NCBI GenBank assembly: GCA_963729955.1
Contig: CAVSQA010000028.1
Coordinates: forward strand, 216,755 to 280,754
From: an uncultured Gemmatimonadales bacterium
GTDB lineage: Bacteria > Gemmatimonadota > Gemmatimonadetes > Gemmatimonadales > JACORV01
Length of the DNA: 64,000 bases
Direction of reading: 5' to 3'
Positions 32,275 through 45,029 of the stretch are shown piece by piece. The translations under genes were made by a program, and so were the position numbers. The notes beneath the pieces are model-generated. The model made no database searches. It worked only from the letters and a program-made list of their open reading frames with translations, and was not told where the DNA came from. The stretch's first letter is position 1, and each line of letters begins with the position of its first letter.

Positions 32275-32458
32275 GACGCGAGACTCCTTTCAGGGCTCGG
32301 ACAGACCGCACGCCCCCGGCGGGCAGGCGTGAGGTTCCGCTGCGGTTCGGCGTTGTGGATGAGTCTACCCTCGGTGCAGCGGCCCGGTCCCCGGACGCCG
32401 CGACCGGTGGCGTGGCAGCACCGGTCGCCCGCGCCGCTCCAGCGTGAGTCAGCCTGAC

Positions 32459-33991
32459 TCAGTCCCGACCCGGCGTGCTTGCGCGGATGACGGCGCCGAG
32501 GTGGCGCATCGCGGCGCGCAAAGCCACGGGCGGGAAGCCGGCGTAACCGAGAAGCAACCCGCCGCGGCGCAGCGGCCGGATGGCGTAGGACGTCAGTGGG
32601 GGCGCCTCCACGCCCGCGGCCAGCGCACGCCGCGAGACCTCCTGATCGCTGACGCCCGCCGGGAGCCACGCCAGCGCCAGCATCCCCGCCGCCGTGTCGC
32701 CGAACGCGACGTCATCGCCGAGCGACTCGCGCGCCGCGGCCAGCAACACGTCGCGCCGCTCCTCGTACAGGCTGCGCATCCTGCGGACGTGGCGCGCGAA
32801 GTGTCCCAGCGTGATGAAGTCGGCGAGCACGGCCTGCTCGATCCCGGGCGGCTGACGGTCGCTCACGGCCCGGGCCTCGCCGAACGCCTCGACCAACCCC
32901 TCCGGCACGATCAGGTAGCCCAATCGCAATCCCGGGAACACGGTCTTGCTGAACGTGCCGACGTAGATGACGCGCCCGCCGTCGTCGAGACCTTGGAGGC
33001 AGCCGAGGGGCTGGCTCGCATAACGGAACTCACTGTCGTAGTCATCCTCCACGATCCAGGCATCCGCCGCATCCGCCCAGCGCAGCAACTCGAGTCGGCG
33101 TGCCGCGCTCATCGTGATCCCGGTGGGATACTGGCGGGACGGCGTCACGTAGACGAGGCGGGGCGAGCCGCCACCGGCCACGGCCGCCGGCTGCAACCCT
33201 TCCGCGTCGAGCCCGACCGGGACGATGCGGGCGCCCGCGGCCGAAAAGACGCCGCGTGCGGCCGGGTAGCCCGGATCCTCGAGCCAGACCACGTCGTCCG
33301 GATCGACCAGCACGCGGCCCACCAGGTCGAGGCCCTGCTGGGCACCGGCCGTGACCACGATCTGCTCGGCGGTGCACCGCGCGCCCCGCGCCGCGGCGAG
33401 ATAGCGCGCGATGGCCTGGCGAAGGGGGAGATAGCCGAGCACCGAGCCGTACCCCGACAGGACGGCACCTGCGCGGCGGACACGGTGGCCGAGGAGGCGC
33501 GCCCACAGCGTCCACGGGAAGGCGTCCAGCGCGGGCACCCCGGTCTGGAAGGGGCGCGCCGGCTCCACGAGGCTGCGGCCCGCGGCCAGAGGCAGCTTCG
33601 ACAGCGCCACACTGCTCGCGGAGCGCCGGGCGAATCGTGCGGGCGCCCGCGACCGCGGGCGTACGGTGCGATGCGCGTCCGTCCTGTGGCCGCGCGGCAC
33701 GGGGGCAAGGACCTCGGGCAGTCGCTCGTTCACGAAGGTCCCCGACCGCGCCCGCGCGACCACGTAGCCCTCCGCCCGGAGCTGCGCGATGGCGGCGTTC
33801 ACCGTGTTGCGCGAGACCCCGAGGTCCGAGGCGAGTACACGGGTGCCGGCGATGGGCGAGCCCGGCGCGAGCCGACCGGACACGATCGCCTCGCGCAGCG
33901 AGTCGTAGATCTGCCGGTACGCGGGCGTGCGGATCGTGGCATCGATCTCGACCAGCGTGGCCGGGGCGCTCGAGGCGAGGCGCGGACTCAT
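32459..33991 (-). CDS. MocR/GabR family regulator (GntR HTH plus PLP aminotransferase domain)
   Basis: LGVSRNTV, EDPGY, EDDYDSEF, GTFSK, PGLRLGY. Confidence 0.93.
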   Translation of the reverse strand: MSPRLASSAPATLVEIDATIRTPAYRQIYDSLREAIVSGRLAPGSPIAGTRVLASDLGVSRNTVNAAIAQLRAEGYVVARARSGTFVNERLPEVLAPVPRGHRTDAHRTVRPRSRAPARFARRSASSVALSKLPLAAGRSLVEPARPFQTGVPALDAFPWTLWARLLGHRVRRAGAVLSGYGSVLGYLPLRQAIARYLAAARGARCTAEQIVVTAGAQQGLDLVGRVLVDPDDVVWLEDPGYPAARGVFSAAGARIVPVGLDAEGLQPAAVAGGGSPRLVYVTPSRQYPTGITMSAARRLELLRWADAADAWIVEDDYDSEFRYASQPLGCLQGLDDGGRVIYVGTFSKTVFPGLRLGYLIVPEGLVEAFGEARAVSDRQPPGIEQAVLADFITLGHFARHVRRMRSLYEERRDVLLAAARESLGDDVAFGDTAAGMLALAWLPAGVSDQEVSRRALAAGVEAPPLTSYAIRPLRRGGLLLGYAGFPPVALRAAMRHLGAVIRASTPGRD

Positions 33992-34007
33992 CGGCGGCCT
34001 GCTCTTC

Positions 34008-34050
34008 TGGTACCACCGATATGTCGAATCTGGCTCTTTTCATGGTACCA
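34008..34050. promoter_or_regulatory. Probable MocR operator
   Basis: Two palindromic TGGTACCA copies (34008-34015, 34043-34050) with a TGGCTC half-site between, in the divergent promoter region. Confidence 0.65.
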
Positions 34051-34117
34051 CATGCGTCCTAAGATAACGGGTGCCGGCGCGCCGGCCAGCGCTCACCCCG
34101 ATCCGGAGGCTCGATCG

Positions 34118-35123
34118 ATGACCGAGAAGTGCCCGGCCGCGCGGGAGGATGAGCCCGCGCACGCGGCCATCCGCGCTCATCCCGAGCGGGACCGGACGGC
34201 GGACGCGCCGGGGATCCTCGCGAGCGGGCTGGTCGCCCACGTGGGCTTCGTGGAGGCGGGCCGGCCGGTCGTGATCCCGATGACCTATCACTTCGCCGAG
34301 GACGAGCCCCGGCGCCTGTACCTGCACGGCGGCGTGAAGGGCCGCCTGATGGCGCACGTCGCCACGGGGGCGCCGGTCTGCGTCACGGTCACCGAGGTGG
34401 ATGGCCTGGTGTACTCGCGCACCGCGCTCAATCACTCGGTCAACTACCGGTCGGTGGTGATGTTCGCGCGCGCCGCGGCGGACCAGCCCTCGGCGGCGGA
34501 CCGTGAGCGGATCCTCGAGGCGATGATCGCGCGCTACTTCCCCGGCCGGACCGCGGGCGCGGACTACGCGCCGTCCTCCACGGCACAGCTCGCCGCGCAC
34601 GGCCTTGGTCGCCCTGGAGATCGAACAATGGAGCGCCAAGGTCCGGGAAGGCGGCCCGAACGGCCCAGGCGACGACGATTCCGCGCGAGCGGGCACGGCG
34701 GGCGTCCTTGCGGTGGGCCGCGGCGACTCCTCGGCGACCGGCGCCGGTCGGGCCCGCGCCGCGGAGCGAGGGGAGGCCGCGCCATCGCTCGCCGCGCCGC
34801 CCTCGAGCGGGCCGACGGTCTACTTCGCCGTGCGCATGGTTCCGGGCCCAGAGTGGAACGCAGCGCTGCCGATGCGATCACAGGCGGGTTGGACCGACCA
34901 CGCGGCCTTCATGGATCAGCTTGCGGCCGAGGGCTTCATCGTGTTGGGAGGCCCCCTCGGCGGCGGGGAGGTGAAGCTCCACATCGTGCAGGCGCCGAGC
35001 GAGGCGGCGGTGCGTTCGCGGCTCGCCGCCGACCCATGGAGCGTCTCCCGCCAGCTGGACGTCTGGGACGTGCGGCCGTGGACCATCCTGCTGGACGGAC
35101 GGAGCGCGGCACCCCGGCCGTGA
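34118..35123 (+). CDS. Pyridoxamine 5'-phosphate oxidase-like flavin-binding protein fused to a YciI-like domain (apparent frameshift near 34600)
   Basis: LYLHG, VCVTVTEVDGLV, HSVNYRSVV, WSAKVREGGP; then HAAFMDQL..GGPL..ADPW. Confidence 0.75.
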
Positions 35124-35211
35124 GCGCGCCGCCGCCGCGCTGGCGCTGTGAGCCGCGGGCGCCACGGCCCCGTTACGTTTCACACCAGAACCGTTCCGCG
35201 CGGAGGAGCCG

Positions 35212-35736
35212 ATGACCGACCTGCAATACCCGGTGGGCCGCTATACCAAGGTGTCCACACTCACCCCGGCGCAGCGTGGCGAGTGCATTGAGCAGATAGC
35301 GGCGGCGCCCGCTCTGTTGCGCCGGTCCGTCGCCGGCCTCGACGAGCGGCAGCTGAACACGCCGTACCGGCCCGGTGGCTGGACCGTGCGGCAGGTGGTG
35401 CATCACGTGCCCGAGAGCCACCTCAACGCCTACGTGCGCTGCAAGCTCGCGCTCACCGAGGACGTGCCGACCATCAAGCCGTACGATCAGGCCCGCTGGG
35501 CGGAGACGCCGGACGCCCGCGGCCCGGTCGAGATCTCGCTCGCGTTGCTCGAGGCGCTCCACCAGCGTTGGGTGCTGCTGCTACGGGGCATCGGCCCGGA
35601 CGATTTCGCCCGGCGGTTCCATCACCCGGAGTCGGGGCCGATGACGCTGGACACGGTGGTCGGCATGTACGCCTGGCACGGGCAGCATCACACGGCGCAC
35701 GTCACGTCGCTGCGCGAGCGGATGGGGTGGCGGTGA
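35212..35736 (+). CDS. DinB/YfiT family thiol transferase (BstA-like)
   Basis: LQYPVG, TPYRPGGWTVRQVVHH, YAWHGQHH. Confidence 0.88.
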   Translation: MTDLQYPVGRYTKVSTLTPAQRGECIEQIAAAPALLRRSVAGLDERQLNTPYRPGGWTVRQVVHHVPESHLNAYVRCKLALTEDVPTIKPYDQARWAETPDARGPVEISLALLEALHQRWVLLLRGIGPDDFARRFHHPESGPMTLDTVVGMYAWHGQHHTAHVTSLRERMGWR

Positions 35737-37097
35737 GGGTGCGTCGCGCCCTCGTCCCGGGCGCCCTGGCGGCTCTGGCACTCGGGGCGGGCGCGCGAGG
35801 GGCTGCCGCCCAGGCCGCGGCGCCGCAGGCGGAGGCGGCGGCGATCCGCGAGGCCTTCCTGCATGCCTGGAACGGGTACGTGCGCTTCGCCTGGGGGCAT
35901 GACGAGCTGCTGCCGCTCTCGCGCGGCCACCGTGACTGGTATCCCGCATCGTTCCTGATGACACCCGTGGACGCCTTCGACACGATGGTCCTGATGGGGC
36001 TCACCGAGCAGGCGGCGCGCGACAAGCGGCTCATCCTCGACTCACTCTCCTTCGACCGCGACTTCCCGGTCCAGGTCTTCGAGATCACCATTCGGGAGCT
36101 GGGCGGCCTCTTGAGCGCCTACCAGCTGGACGGCGATCCGCGGTTTCTCGCCCTCGCTCGCGACCTCGGCACGCGGTTGCTCCCGGCGTTCCGCTCCCCG
36201 ACCGGGATGCCGTACCGCTTCGTCAACCTGCGGACCGGTGCGGTGAGCGGCCCAGTGAGCAACCCGGCCGAAGTCGGAACCCTGATGCTCGAGTTCGGAA
36301 CCCTCTCCAAGCTGACCGGCGACGGGCGCTACTACGACGCCGCCAAGCGCGCGGTCGTCGCCTTGTTCGGACGGCGCTCACCCGTCGGGCTCGTGGGCAG
36401 CACGGTCAACGTGGAGACCGGTGCGTGGGAGGACCGGGACAGCCACGTCGGCGGCGGCATCGACTCGTACTACGAGTACCTGCTGAAGTCGTGGCTGCTG
36501 TTTCGCGACCCCGACTTCGAGCGGATGTGGGACAGCAGCGTCACGGCCGTCGACCGCTACCTCGCCGACCCGCGGCCGAGCGGCTTCTGGTACGGCCACG
36601 CGAACATGGACACCGGCGAGCGGACGCTCACCCACTTCGGCGCGCTCGACGCCTTCTTCGCCGCCGTCCTCGCCAAGAGCGGCGACACCGCGCGTGCGGC
36701 ACGGCTGATGGAGTCGATCTACACGATGTGGACGACCTTCGGCCTCGAGCCGGAGGAGCTGGACTACGTGACGATGAGGCCGGTGTCCGCGGGCTACGTG
36801 CTGCGGCCCGAAGCGCTCGAGTCCGCGTACTACCTCTACCGGGTCACCGGCGACGACCGCTATCGCGAGATGGGGCAGGTGATGGTGGACAGCCTGTTCC
36901 GCTACACCAGGGCCGAGACCGGCTTCTCGGCCCTCCGGAGCGTGGTGACCAAGGAACGGCGCGACCAGATGGAGAGCTTCTTCCTGGCCGAGACGCTGAA
37001 GTACGCCTACCTGCTGTTCGCGTCCCCGACCGCGCTCGACTTCGACGCCACCATCTTCAACACCGAGGCGCACCCGCTCCGTCGCACCTGGCGATAG
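35733..37097 (+). CDS. Glycoside hydrolase family 47 alpha-1,2-mannosidase, secreted
   Basis: AWGHDEL, VFEITIR, DSYYEYLLK, LRPE, ESFFLAETLKY, FNTEAHP. Confidence 0.92.
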   Translation: MRVRRALVPGALAALALGAGARGAAAQAAAPQAEAAAIREAFLHAWNGYVRFAWGHDELLPLSRGHRDWYPASFLMTPVDAFDTMVLMGLTEQAARDKRLILDSLSFDRDFPVQVFEITIRELGGLLSAYQLDGDPRFLALARDLGTRLLPAFRSPTGMPYRFVNLRTGAVSGPVSNPAEVGTLMLEFGTLSKLTGDGRYYDAAKRAVVALFGRRSPVGLVGSTVNVETGAWEDRDSHVGGGIDSYYEYLLKSWLLFRDPDFERMWDSSVTAVDRYLADPRPSGFWYGHANMDTGERTLTHFGALDAFFAAVLAKSGDTARAARLMESIYTMWTTFGLEPEELDYVTMRPVSAGYVLRPEALESAYYLYRVTGDDRYREMGQVMVDSLFRYTRAETGFSALRSVVTKERRDQMESFFLAETLKYAYLLFASPTALDFDATIFNTEAHPLRRTWR

Positions 37098-37124
37098 GGA
37101 GGGGCCGGAGGCGGCGCCGCCCCG

Positions 37125-38692
<1,568 letters not shown>

Positions 38693-38696
<4 letters not shown>

Positions 38697-38842
38697 GCGC
38701 GCCTCGCCGGGTTGCTGCCGACCGCGCTCCGTGGCGCGGTCGCCACCGTCGCGGCCTGGACCACCACCTGGCGTCCGGCGTGGGCAGGCTGCCGCGCCGG
38801 GATCCCGCTCATCGGCCCCACTCCACTCATCTCCCGCTGCAT
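38693..38842 (-). pseudogene. 49 aa ORF resembling a decayed N-terminus of 6-phosphogluconate dehydrogenase
   Basis: MQREMSGVGPMSGIPARQPAHAGRQVVV compared with the typical Gnd start MQIGMIGLGRMGxNMARRLxxAGHxVVV; strong GGAGG RBS; stop overlaps the zwf GTG. Confidence 0.5.
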
Positions 38843-38855
38843 GGTTTCCTCCCCG

Positions 38856-39461
38856 TCACGCTGTCACGCCGAGCGCCGCCAATTCGCGCCGCAGCGTCTG
38901 GGCATCCGTGAACCTTACGGCGCGCATGCCGAGCGCGCGGGCCGGCGCCAGGTTCTGCTCGCGGTCATCGATGAACACCGAGCGGGCCGGCTCTGCCTGG
39001 GCCATCGCCAGGGCCAGGTCGTAGATGCGGCGCGCGGGCTTGGCGGCCCCCAGCCAGCAGGAGCTGAAGAACGCGGCGAAGATGGGTGCGAGGCCGAACA
39101 GCTTCAGCCGGTGTGCGTTCAGCTCCGCCGACTCGTTGTTGAGCGTCATCAGGCGATACCGTCCCGTGGCGCTCAACGCGCGCGCGATCGCTATCGTTTC
39201 GGGATAGGGTCGGCTCTGCGCGCGCATGAAGGCCGTGAAGGCGTCGCGGACGAACGGGCGTGGCACATCGAAGACGGTGCAGTCGAGGTATTCGTCGAGG
39301 CTGAGGCGTCCCTCTTCCCACGGGCCGACCACCTCGCGGTGGCGCCGGTCGAAGTCGGCCGCGTCGAGTCCGAACCGCTCGACGGCGCGCTCGCGCGGCT
39401 CGGTCCCCCAGCCGCTGCTGCCCAATACGCCGCCCACGTCGAAGAAGACGTGCGTGATCAT
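38856..39461 (-). CDS. HAD family phosphatase (YihX-like)
   Basis: FFDVGGVL, KP, FIDD. Confidence 0.88.
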   Translation of the reverse strand: MITHVFFDVGGVLGSSGWGTEPRERAVERFGLDAADFDRRHREVVGPWEEGRLSLDEYLDCTVFDVPRPFVRDAFTAFMRAQSRPYPETIAIARALSATGRYRLMTLNNESAELNAHRLKLFGLAPIFAAFFSSCWLGAAKPARRIYDLALAMAQAEPARSVFIDDREQNLAPARALGMRAVRFTDAQTLRRELAALGVTA

Positions 39462-40431
39462 TGCGCGGCCGCCACGGCGGCACCCAGCAGGCCGACGTCC
39501 GGGCTCATGATCACGTGAACGGGGATGCGGGCGACCAGGTCCGAGAGCCTCCCCTTGCTGCGGAAGGCGGCCAGGAAGGTCCCGTCCCGTAGCTTCTCGA
39601 CGATGCGGGGAGCGATGCCGCCGCCGACGAACACGCCGCCGGTGGCCAGGAACGTGAGCGCGAGGTTGCCGGCCTGCGAGCCGTAGACGGCGACGAAGAG
39701 ATCGAGCGCCTTCACGGCCAGGGGATCGTCGCCGGCCAGGGCGTGGCGGGTCACCACCGCGGCGGGATCGTCGCTCTCCATCTCCCGGTGGACCTCGGGC
39801 CGCTCGGCGGCGAACTCGGTGGCGGCCAGGTAGCGGTAGGCGCGCGCGAGCCCTGCGCCCGAGAGGATGCGCTCGTACGACACGCGCCCGAATTCGTCGA
39901 GCAGCGTGCCCCGAGCCCCCACTCCACGTCGTCACGGGCGGCGAAGTTCACGTGGCCGCCCTCGGAGGCGTGCACCCGGTAGCGGGCGCCGTCCCACGTC
40001 AGGAAGCCCTCGCCGAGGCCCGTGCCCGCGCCGATCAGCGCGATCGTGCCGTGATCCGCGGCCGTCCCCGCCTGGAGCGTCACGAGGTCGGCGGGCCCCA
40101 GCCTTCCCACCCCGTAGCCGGCCGCATCGAAGTCGTTGATGATCGTCGTGTGCGGGATCCCGCTGTCGGCGGCGAGCGTGCGTTCGCTCACGGTCCACGG
40201 GAGGTTGGGCGTCCGGCACTCGCCGTCCACGACGGGCCCCGCGATGCCGTAGCAGGCGCGCTCCGGCGACGTGCCCGCCTCGTCCAGGTAGCGCCGGACG
40301 AGGGGCGCGAGACCGGGGGCGCTGCCGCTCGGGTAGCGGCGCTCGTGCACGATGCGCGCCGTGGCATCGGTCACGTCGACGAGCGCGAATCGGGCGTTGG
40401 TGCCCCCGATGTCGCCGGCGAGCACTCTCAC
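39458..40431 (-). CDS. glk: Glucokinase (apparent frameshift near 39915)
   Basis: AGDIGGTNAR, INDFDA, GAGTGLG, SEGGH, GGIAPRI, FRSKGR. Confidence 0.9.
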
Positions 40432-41148
40432 GCCGCGGCGCTCGGCAGGGCCGCAGCCGCGTCCACGTCCACGAACCAGAATCCTCCCAAGGCCAGCTGC
40501 ACCGGCAGCTCGCGCGGCTGCACCGGACCCCGGAGGGCGCGCGCCACGGTCGCGGCCTTGTCCGCGCCCGCCACCAGCACCGCGACCCGACGCGCCGCAG
40601 CGATCACCGGCGGCGTGATGGTGAGACGAGCGGCGGGAGGCTTGGGGCCGGTCACCGGCACCACGCGGCGGGCCCGCTCGGTCAAGGCCGCCGCGCCCGG
40701 AAAGAGCGACGCCGTGTGCCCGTCGGCACCCATCCCGAGGAGCAGGAGGTCGAGGCGCTCGAGGCAGGATCCGCTCGTAGTCGCGGGCGGCCGCGTCGCG
40801 GTCGGGCCGGTCGGCCTCCAGGCGGTGGATGCGGTCGGGGGGGATCGGCACCTGGCTCAAGAGCGTCGTCGCCGCCATGAGGTAGTTGCTCGCCGGATCG
40901 TCGGGCGGAACCGCGCGCTCGTCACCGAAGAAGATCTCCACGTTCGGCCAGTCGATCTGCCGCGCGATCGGGCCCTGGGCCAGGCGCTCGTACACCGGCC
41001 GCGGGGTGTTGCCGCCCACCAGCCCCACGGCGCAGCGGCCCCGGTCCCCGAGGTCGGCCGCCATCGCTGCGGCGATCCACTCCGCCGCGACGTCGGCGAA
41101 GCGGGGAGCTGCCTCGATCACCAGGCGCTGGGGCACAAGCCTGGTCAC
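40428..41148 (-). CDS. pgl: 6-phosphogluconolactonase (apparent frameshift near 40760)
   Basis: GGNTP, FGDERAVPPDDPASN, GMGADGHTASLFP. Confidence 0.9.
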
Positions 41149-43184
41149 CCGTGCGCCACCGCCGTCGGACCCGCGGCCCCGGCGATCGTGCGGCTGCGGG
41201 GCTGGCCGCAGGTGGGACAGGCCGTGAGCCGGCGCTCCCGCTCGAGGTACTCCTCGACGGCCATCACGTAGGCCGCCTGGCTCCAGGTGAGCGGCGAAAC
41301 GGACAGTGGCTCTCCGGTGTGCGGGTGCAGCTGCTCGGCCATCACGCCCGACGGCCGCGCGTGGCGGGCCGCCCACTCGATCAGCTCGAGGCCGCGCGAC
41401 AGGTCGGTCGGGGACTGCGCCCGCATCAGGTGATAGCGCGCCAGCCACAGGGTGCTGACGAACCACGGATTGCCGGGGACCCGCTCCGTATCCTGTTTCT
41501 CCACCTGCTGGTAGCGTGTCGTTCTCGTAGCGCGCCAGGCCGCCGACGTCCGTCTGGACGCGGAGCCGCTCCTCGACCTTCTGCATCGTGGCCTGCACCT
41601 GTGGGTCGTCGGGCGGCAGCACGCCGAGCTCGACGAGGCCGAACACGCTCGAGTCGATGGTGCGGTCGAGCTGATAGCCTGCGGGACCGCGGCGTGACCA
41701 TGCGGACGAACCGGCCGTCGCGCTCGCTCCACATCACGGCGCGCGCCGCCTGGAGCATCCGGTCGGCGCCCGCCACGTAGCGGCCCGCCCGCTCCTCCTC
41801 GCCGAACGCCCGGGCCAGGCGCGCCGCCGCGCGCAGTCCCGCGATCACGGCGGCCACGGTGAACAGGTGCACGCCCCACCGCTCCTCCCACAGATCGTAC
41901 GACGGCAGAGGCAGCCCCGTCCGCGTGTCCACGTAGCCGAGCAGGAAGTCGCCGGGCCGCGTGACGAGCGGGCGGTAGAACGGCCCCACGGTGTCGACCC
42001 GCCGGGACTGGTCGAAGTACTCTCCCACCGCCCAGACCACGAGCGCGGTCTCGTCCTCCTGGATCGGGAGCACCGGCTTGCCGTCCCGCACGTAGCCGTG
42101 CCACGACGAGGCGAGCGTGCCGTCGGGGTTGTACTTGTGTCGCACGAAGCCTTCGGGCGAGATGACGCGGGCGCAGAACTCGAGGAACCGCTCCGCCGCC
42201 ACCGGCTGGCCCGCCCGGAGCAGGGCCACACTCACCAGGGCGCCGTCGCGCGGCCAGGCGTACGAGTAGGTGTCGCGATTGAAGCGGACGATGTCACTGT
42301 CGTTCGCGGCGAGCACCGCGCCCCCCGCATCGATCTGCGAGCGGATGATGAGGAGGCTCTGGCGGTAGCGCTCCACCACTTCCGGCGGGAGCCCTCCGAA
42401 GTCGCGCGCCTCGTGGGTGACCCAGAGTTGCCAGTAGTTCCTGGTGCGCCGTATCAATTCCGCCGGCGACTTGTCCCGCACCACCGCGTCGATGGTCTTG
42501 ACCTCGTGGAAGTCACGGCCCGGCGGCCATCCAGCAGAAGAACTCGCCGGTCTCGCCGGCGCCCAGCGTAAGCACGACGCCCAGGGTCGAGTCCACCGAT
42601 CCCTGGGCGATCGGATTCCCGCTCAGCGCGCCGTCCTCGGCGTCGCGCCAGGTGCCTTCGGCCCCGCCGATCTCCTTCTGGCCGCACGCGTAGTGCTGGA
42701 CGCCCACGGCGCCGCCCGCCAGGCAGTTGATCAGGAAGTAGCGGTCGTCCTTGTAGTGGAGCAGCGCCCCCGTGTCGGGTGAGTAGAGCGCGGTGTCGCC
42801 GACGTCGTTCTCCTTGAGGTGGAAGTCGTGATGGAGAAAGACCCGGATCTCGCGCGCCGCGCCGGCCCGGTTGGTCACGCGCGATTCGCCGCACCAGCAC
42901 GTTCTCGTAGAAATCCACGGCGTCGGTGAATTGCAGGGTCACGCCCAACGCGTCGCTGGCCGCCGTGACGTCGGTGACCATCGAGGGATCGGCGTAGCGC
43001 AGCGCGGGTGCCAGCCGGCGTCCATCCAGCCGAACCGGCCGTCCACCCAGACGCCGACGCGGAACGGATGGCCGACGGCGTGATTCTCCATCCCGACGTG
43101 CGGAAAGTAGACGTCGCAGATCCGGTACTCGAGGTCGAACGCCACGAGCAGCGTTCCATTGGAGAGCGGTAGGTCGCGGGGCAT
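41145..43184 (-). CDS. Glycoside hydrolase family 15 (glucoamylase-like), five apparent frameshifts
   Basis: YSYAWPRDGA, QEDETA, YDLWEER, ARYEND, MAEQ, SPLTWSQ spread across frames (shifts near 43010, 42885, 42515, 41685, 41517). Confidence 0.85.
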
Positions 43185-43285
43185 CGTCGGGGGTTGGTGT
43201 GGCAGCAATATAACCGCCGGGCGGGGCGTACGTTCCGGCGGGTCCGGTCAACGGGCGCAACTCGCCCGGCGTATGTTGTACTGCG

Positions 43286-44063
43286 ATGCGCCTCTCGTTC
43301 CGTGGTGTGCCCCCTGCTGGTGGCGGTGTTGTGCCCGGGCGCCGTCCGCGCGCAGGACAACTACGAGATCCAGGTCTATGGCGCGAGCCTGGTGCCGGCG
43401 CAGCGCACGATGGTGGAGCTGCACAGCAACTTCACCGCCGACGGCCGCGGCGCCGTGCTCGACAGCCTGCTTCCCACCGAGCACGCGTTCCACGAGACGC
43501 TCGAGGTCACCCACGGCTTCACGCCGTGGCTCGAAGTGGGGTTCTACGTCTTCACCAGCCTGCGGGACGGGAATGGCTGGAGCTGGGTCGGCGACCACGT
43601 CCGTCCTCGGCTCGCCGTTCCGGAGAGCTGGCACTGGCCGGTGGGCGTGAGCCTGTCCATGGAAGTCGGGTATCAGCGGCGGGTCTTCTCGACCGACACG
43701 TGGACCTGGGAGATCCGTCCCATTCTCGACCAGCAGCTGGGCCGGTGGTATTGGGCGCTCAACCCGGCGCTGGAGAAGGCGCTGGCCGGCGAGAACGCGG
43801 CGCGAGGGTGGGAGTTCTCCCCCAACGCCGCGGTGAGCTACGATCTGAGCCGCCAGGTCACGGCCGCGCTCGAGTACTACGGCGCGCTTGGGCCGGTGTC
43901 CGGGTTCGACCCGGCGCCGGAGCAGCAGCACCAGCTGTTCGCCGCGGTGGACCTCAACGTTTCGCCCCGGTGGGAAATCAACCTCGGCGTGGGCCGGGGG
44001 TTCACGTCCAGCACCGATCGCCTCCTGCTCAAGACGATCTTCGGGTACCGCCTCCCGTTCTAG
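43286..44063 (+). CDS. Hypothetical outer-membrane beta-barrel protein (start uncertain, possible indel in the C-run near 43310)
   Basis: Signal ...AVRAQDNYEIQVY, amphipathic strands, C-terminal Phe. Confidence 0.65.
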
Positions 44064-44111
44064 GTCCGCCGAGCGCTCGCGCCTCGGCGGCCGCGGGGGC
44101 AGATTCGAGCC

Positions 44112-45029
44112 GTGCGGCGCGCGCTGGCGGTGGCGGGGGCGGCGGGTGGCTGCTGCGGCATAGCGGCGGCGATCTGGCTGCTGCAGGGCCGGCCTCGGCC
44201 GTACGGCGCGCTCGCGTGGGCGTCGGTGACCGAGGAGGCGTCGCCGTCCCCGGCGTACCGGCTGGCGGGTGTGGTGCTCGGAACCACCGGAAGGCGGAGA
44301 ATCGACTGCGCGCTGCGGCGGCCCGCCGCACCGGCCGCCCCGCACTCCCTGGTGGGCGTCGTGCTGCTCGGGGGCATCGGGACGGGCCGGCGGGCGGCGA
44401 CACTCGTCGCTCCCGAGTTCGGCGGGCTCGTCCTCTCCTGCGACTATCCGTTCCGCGATCCATCCGATCTCTCCGCCGCACGGCTCGCGCTGTTGCTGCC
44501 CGCGATCCGGCGCGAGGTGCTGGGTACACCCGACGCCCTGTACATCGCGGCCAGCTACCTCCTCTCGCGGCCCGAGGTGGACTCGGGGCGGCTGGCCGGC
44601 GTCGGCGCGAGCCTGGGCGTGCCGGCGGTCAGCGCCTGGGCCGGTCGCGACCGCCGGGTGGCTGCGGTAGCGTTGGTGATGGGCGGAGCGGACCTGCGGG
44701 CGCTGTTCAATGCGAACCTGGTGGGGCGCATCCCTGCGACGGCGGTGCGTTCTCCCGTGGCCGGTCTGCTCGCTGCACTGCTCGCGCCGCTCGAGCCGGC
44801 ACGCACCGTCGGCGGCATCGCGCCGCGCCCGGTGCTGATCGTGGGCGCGCCGGAGGACGAGCGCATTCCGCGCCGTTCTACTGAGCTGCTGTACGCCGCG
44901 GCACGCGACCCCAAAGAGCTACGGTGGCTCGGCGGCCGGCACATGCTGCCACGCGACACCATCCTGCTCCGGACGGTCACCGACTCGACGCTGGCCTGGG
45001 TGACTCGCCATCTTGTGGCACGACCATGA
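44112..45029 (+). CDS. Alpha/beta hydrolase
   Basis: GASLG nucleophile elbow, Asp in DERIP, His near the C-terminus. Confidence 0.75.
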   Translation: MRRALAVAGAAGGCCGIAAAIWLLQGRPRPYGALAWASVTEEASPSPAYRLAGVVLGTTGRRRIDCALRRPAAPAAPHSLVGVVLLGGIGTGRRAATLVAPEFGGLVLSCDYPFRDPSDLSAARLALLLPAIRREVLGTPDALYIAASYLLSRPEVDSGRLAGVGASLGVPAVSAWAGRDRRVAAVALVMGGADLRALFNANLVGRIPATAVRSPVAGLLAALLAPLEPARTVGGIAPRPVLIVGAPEDERIPRRSTELLYAAARDPKELRWLGGRHMLPRDTILLRTVTDSTLAWVTRHLVARP

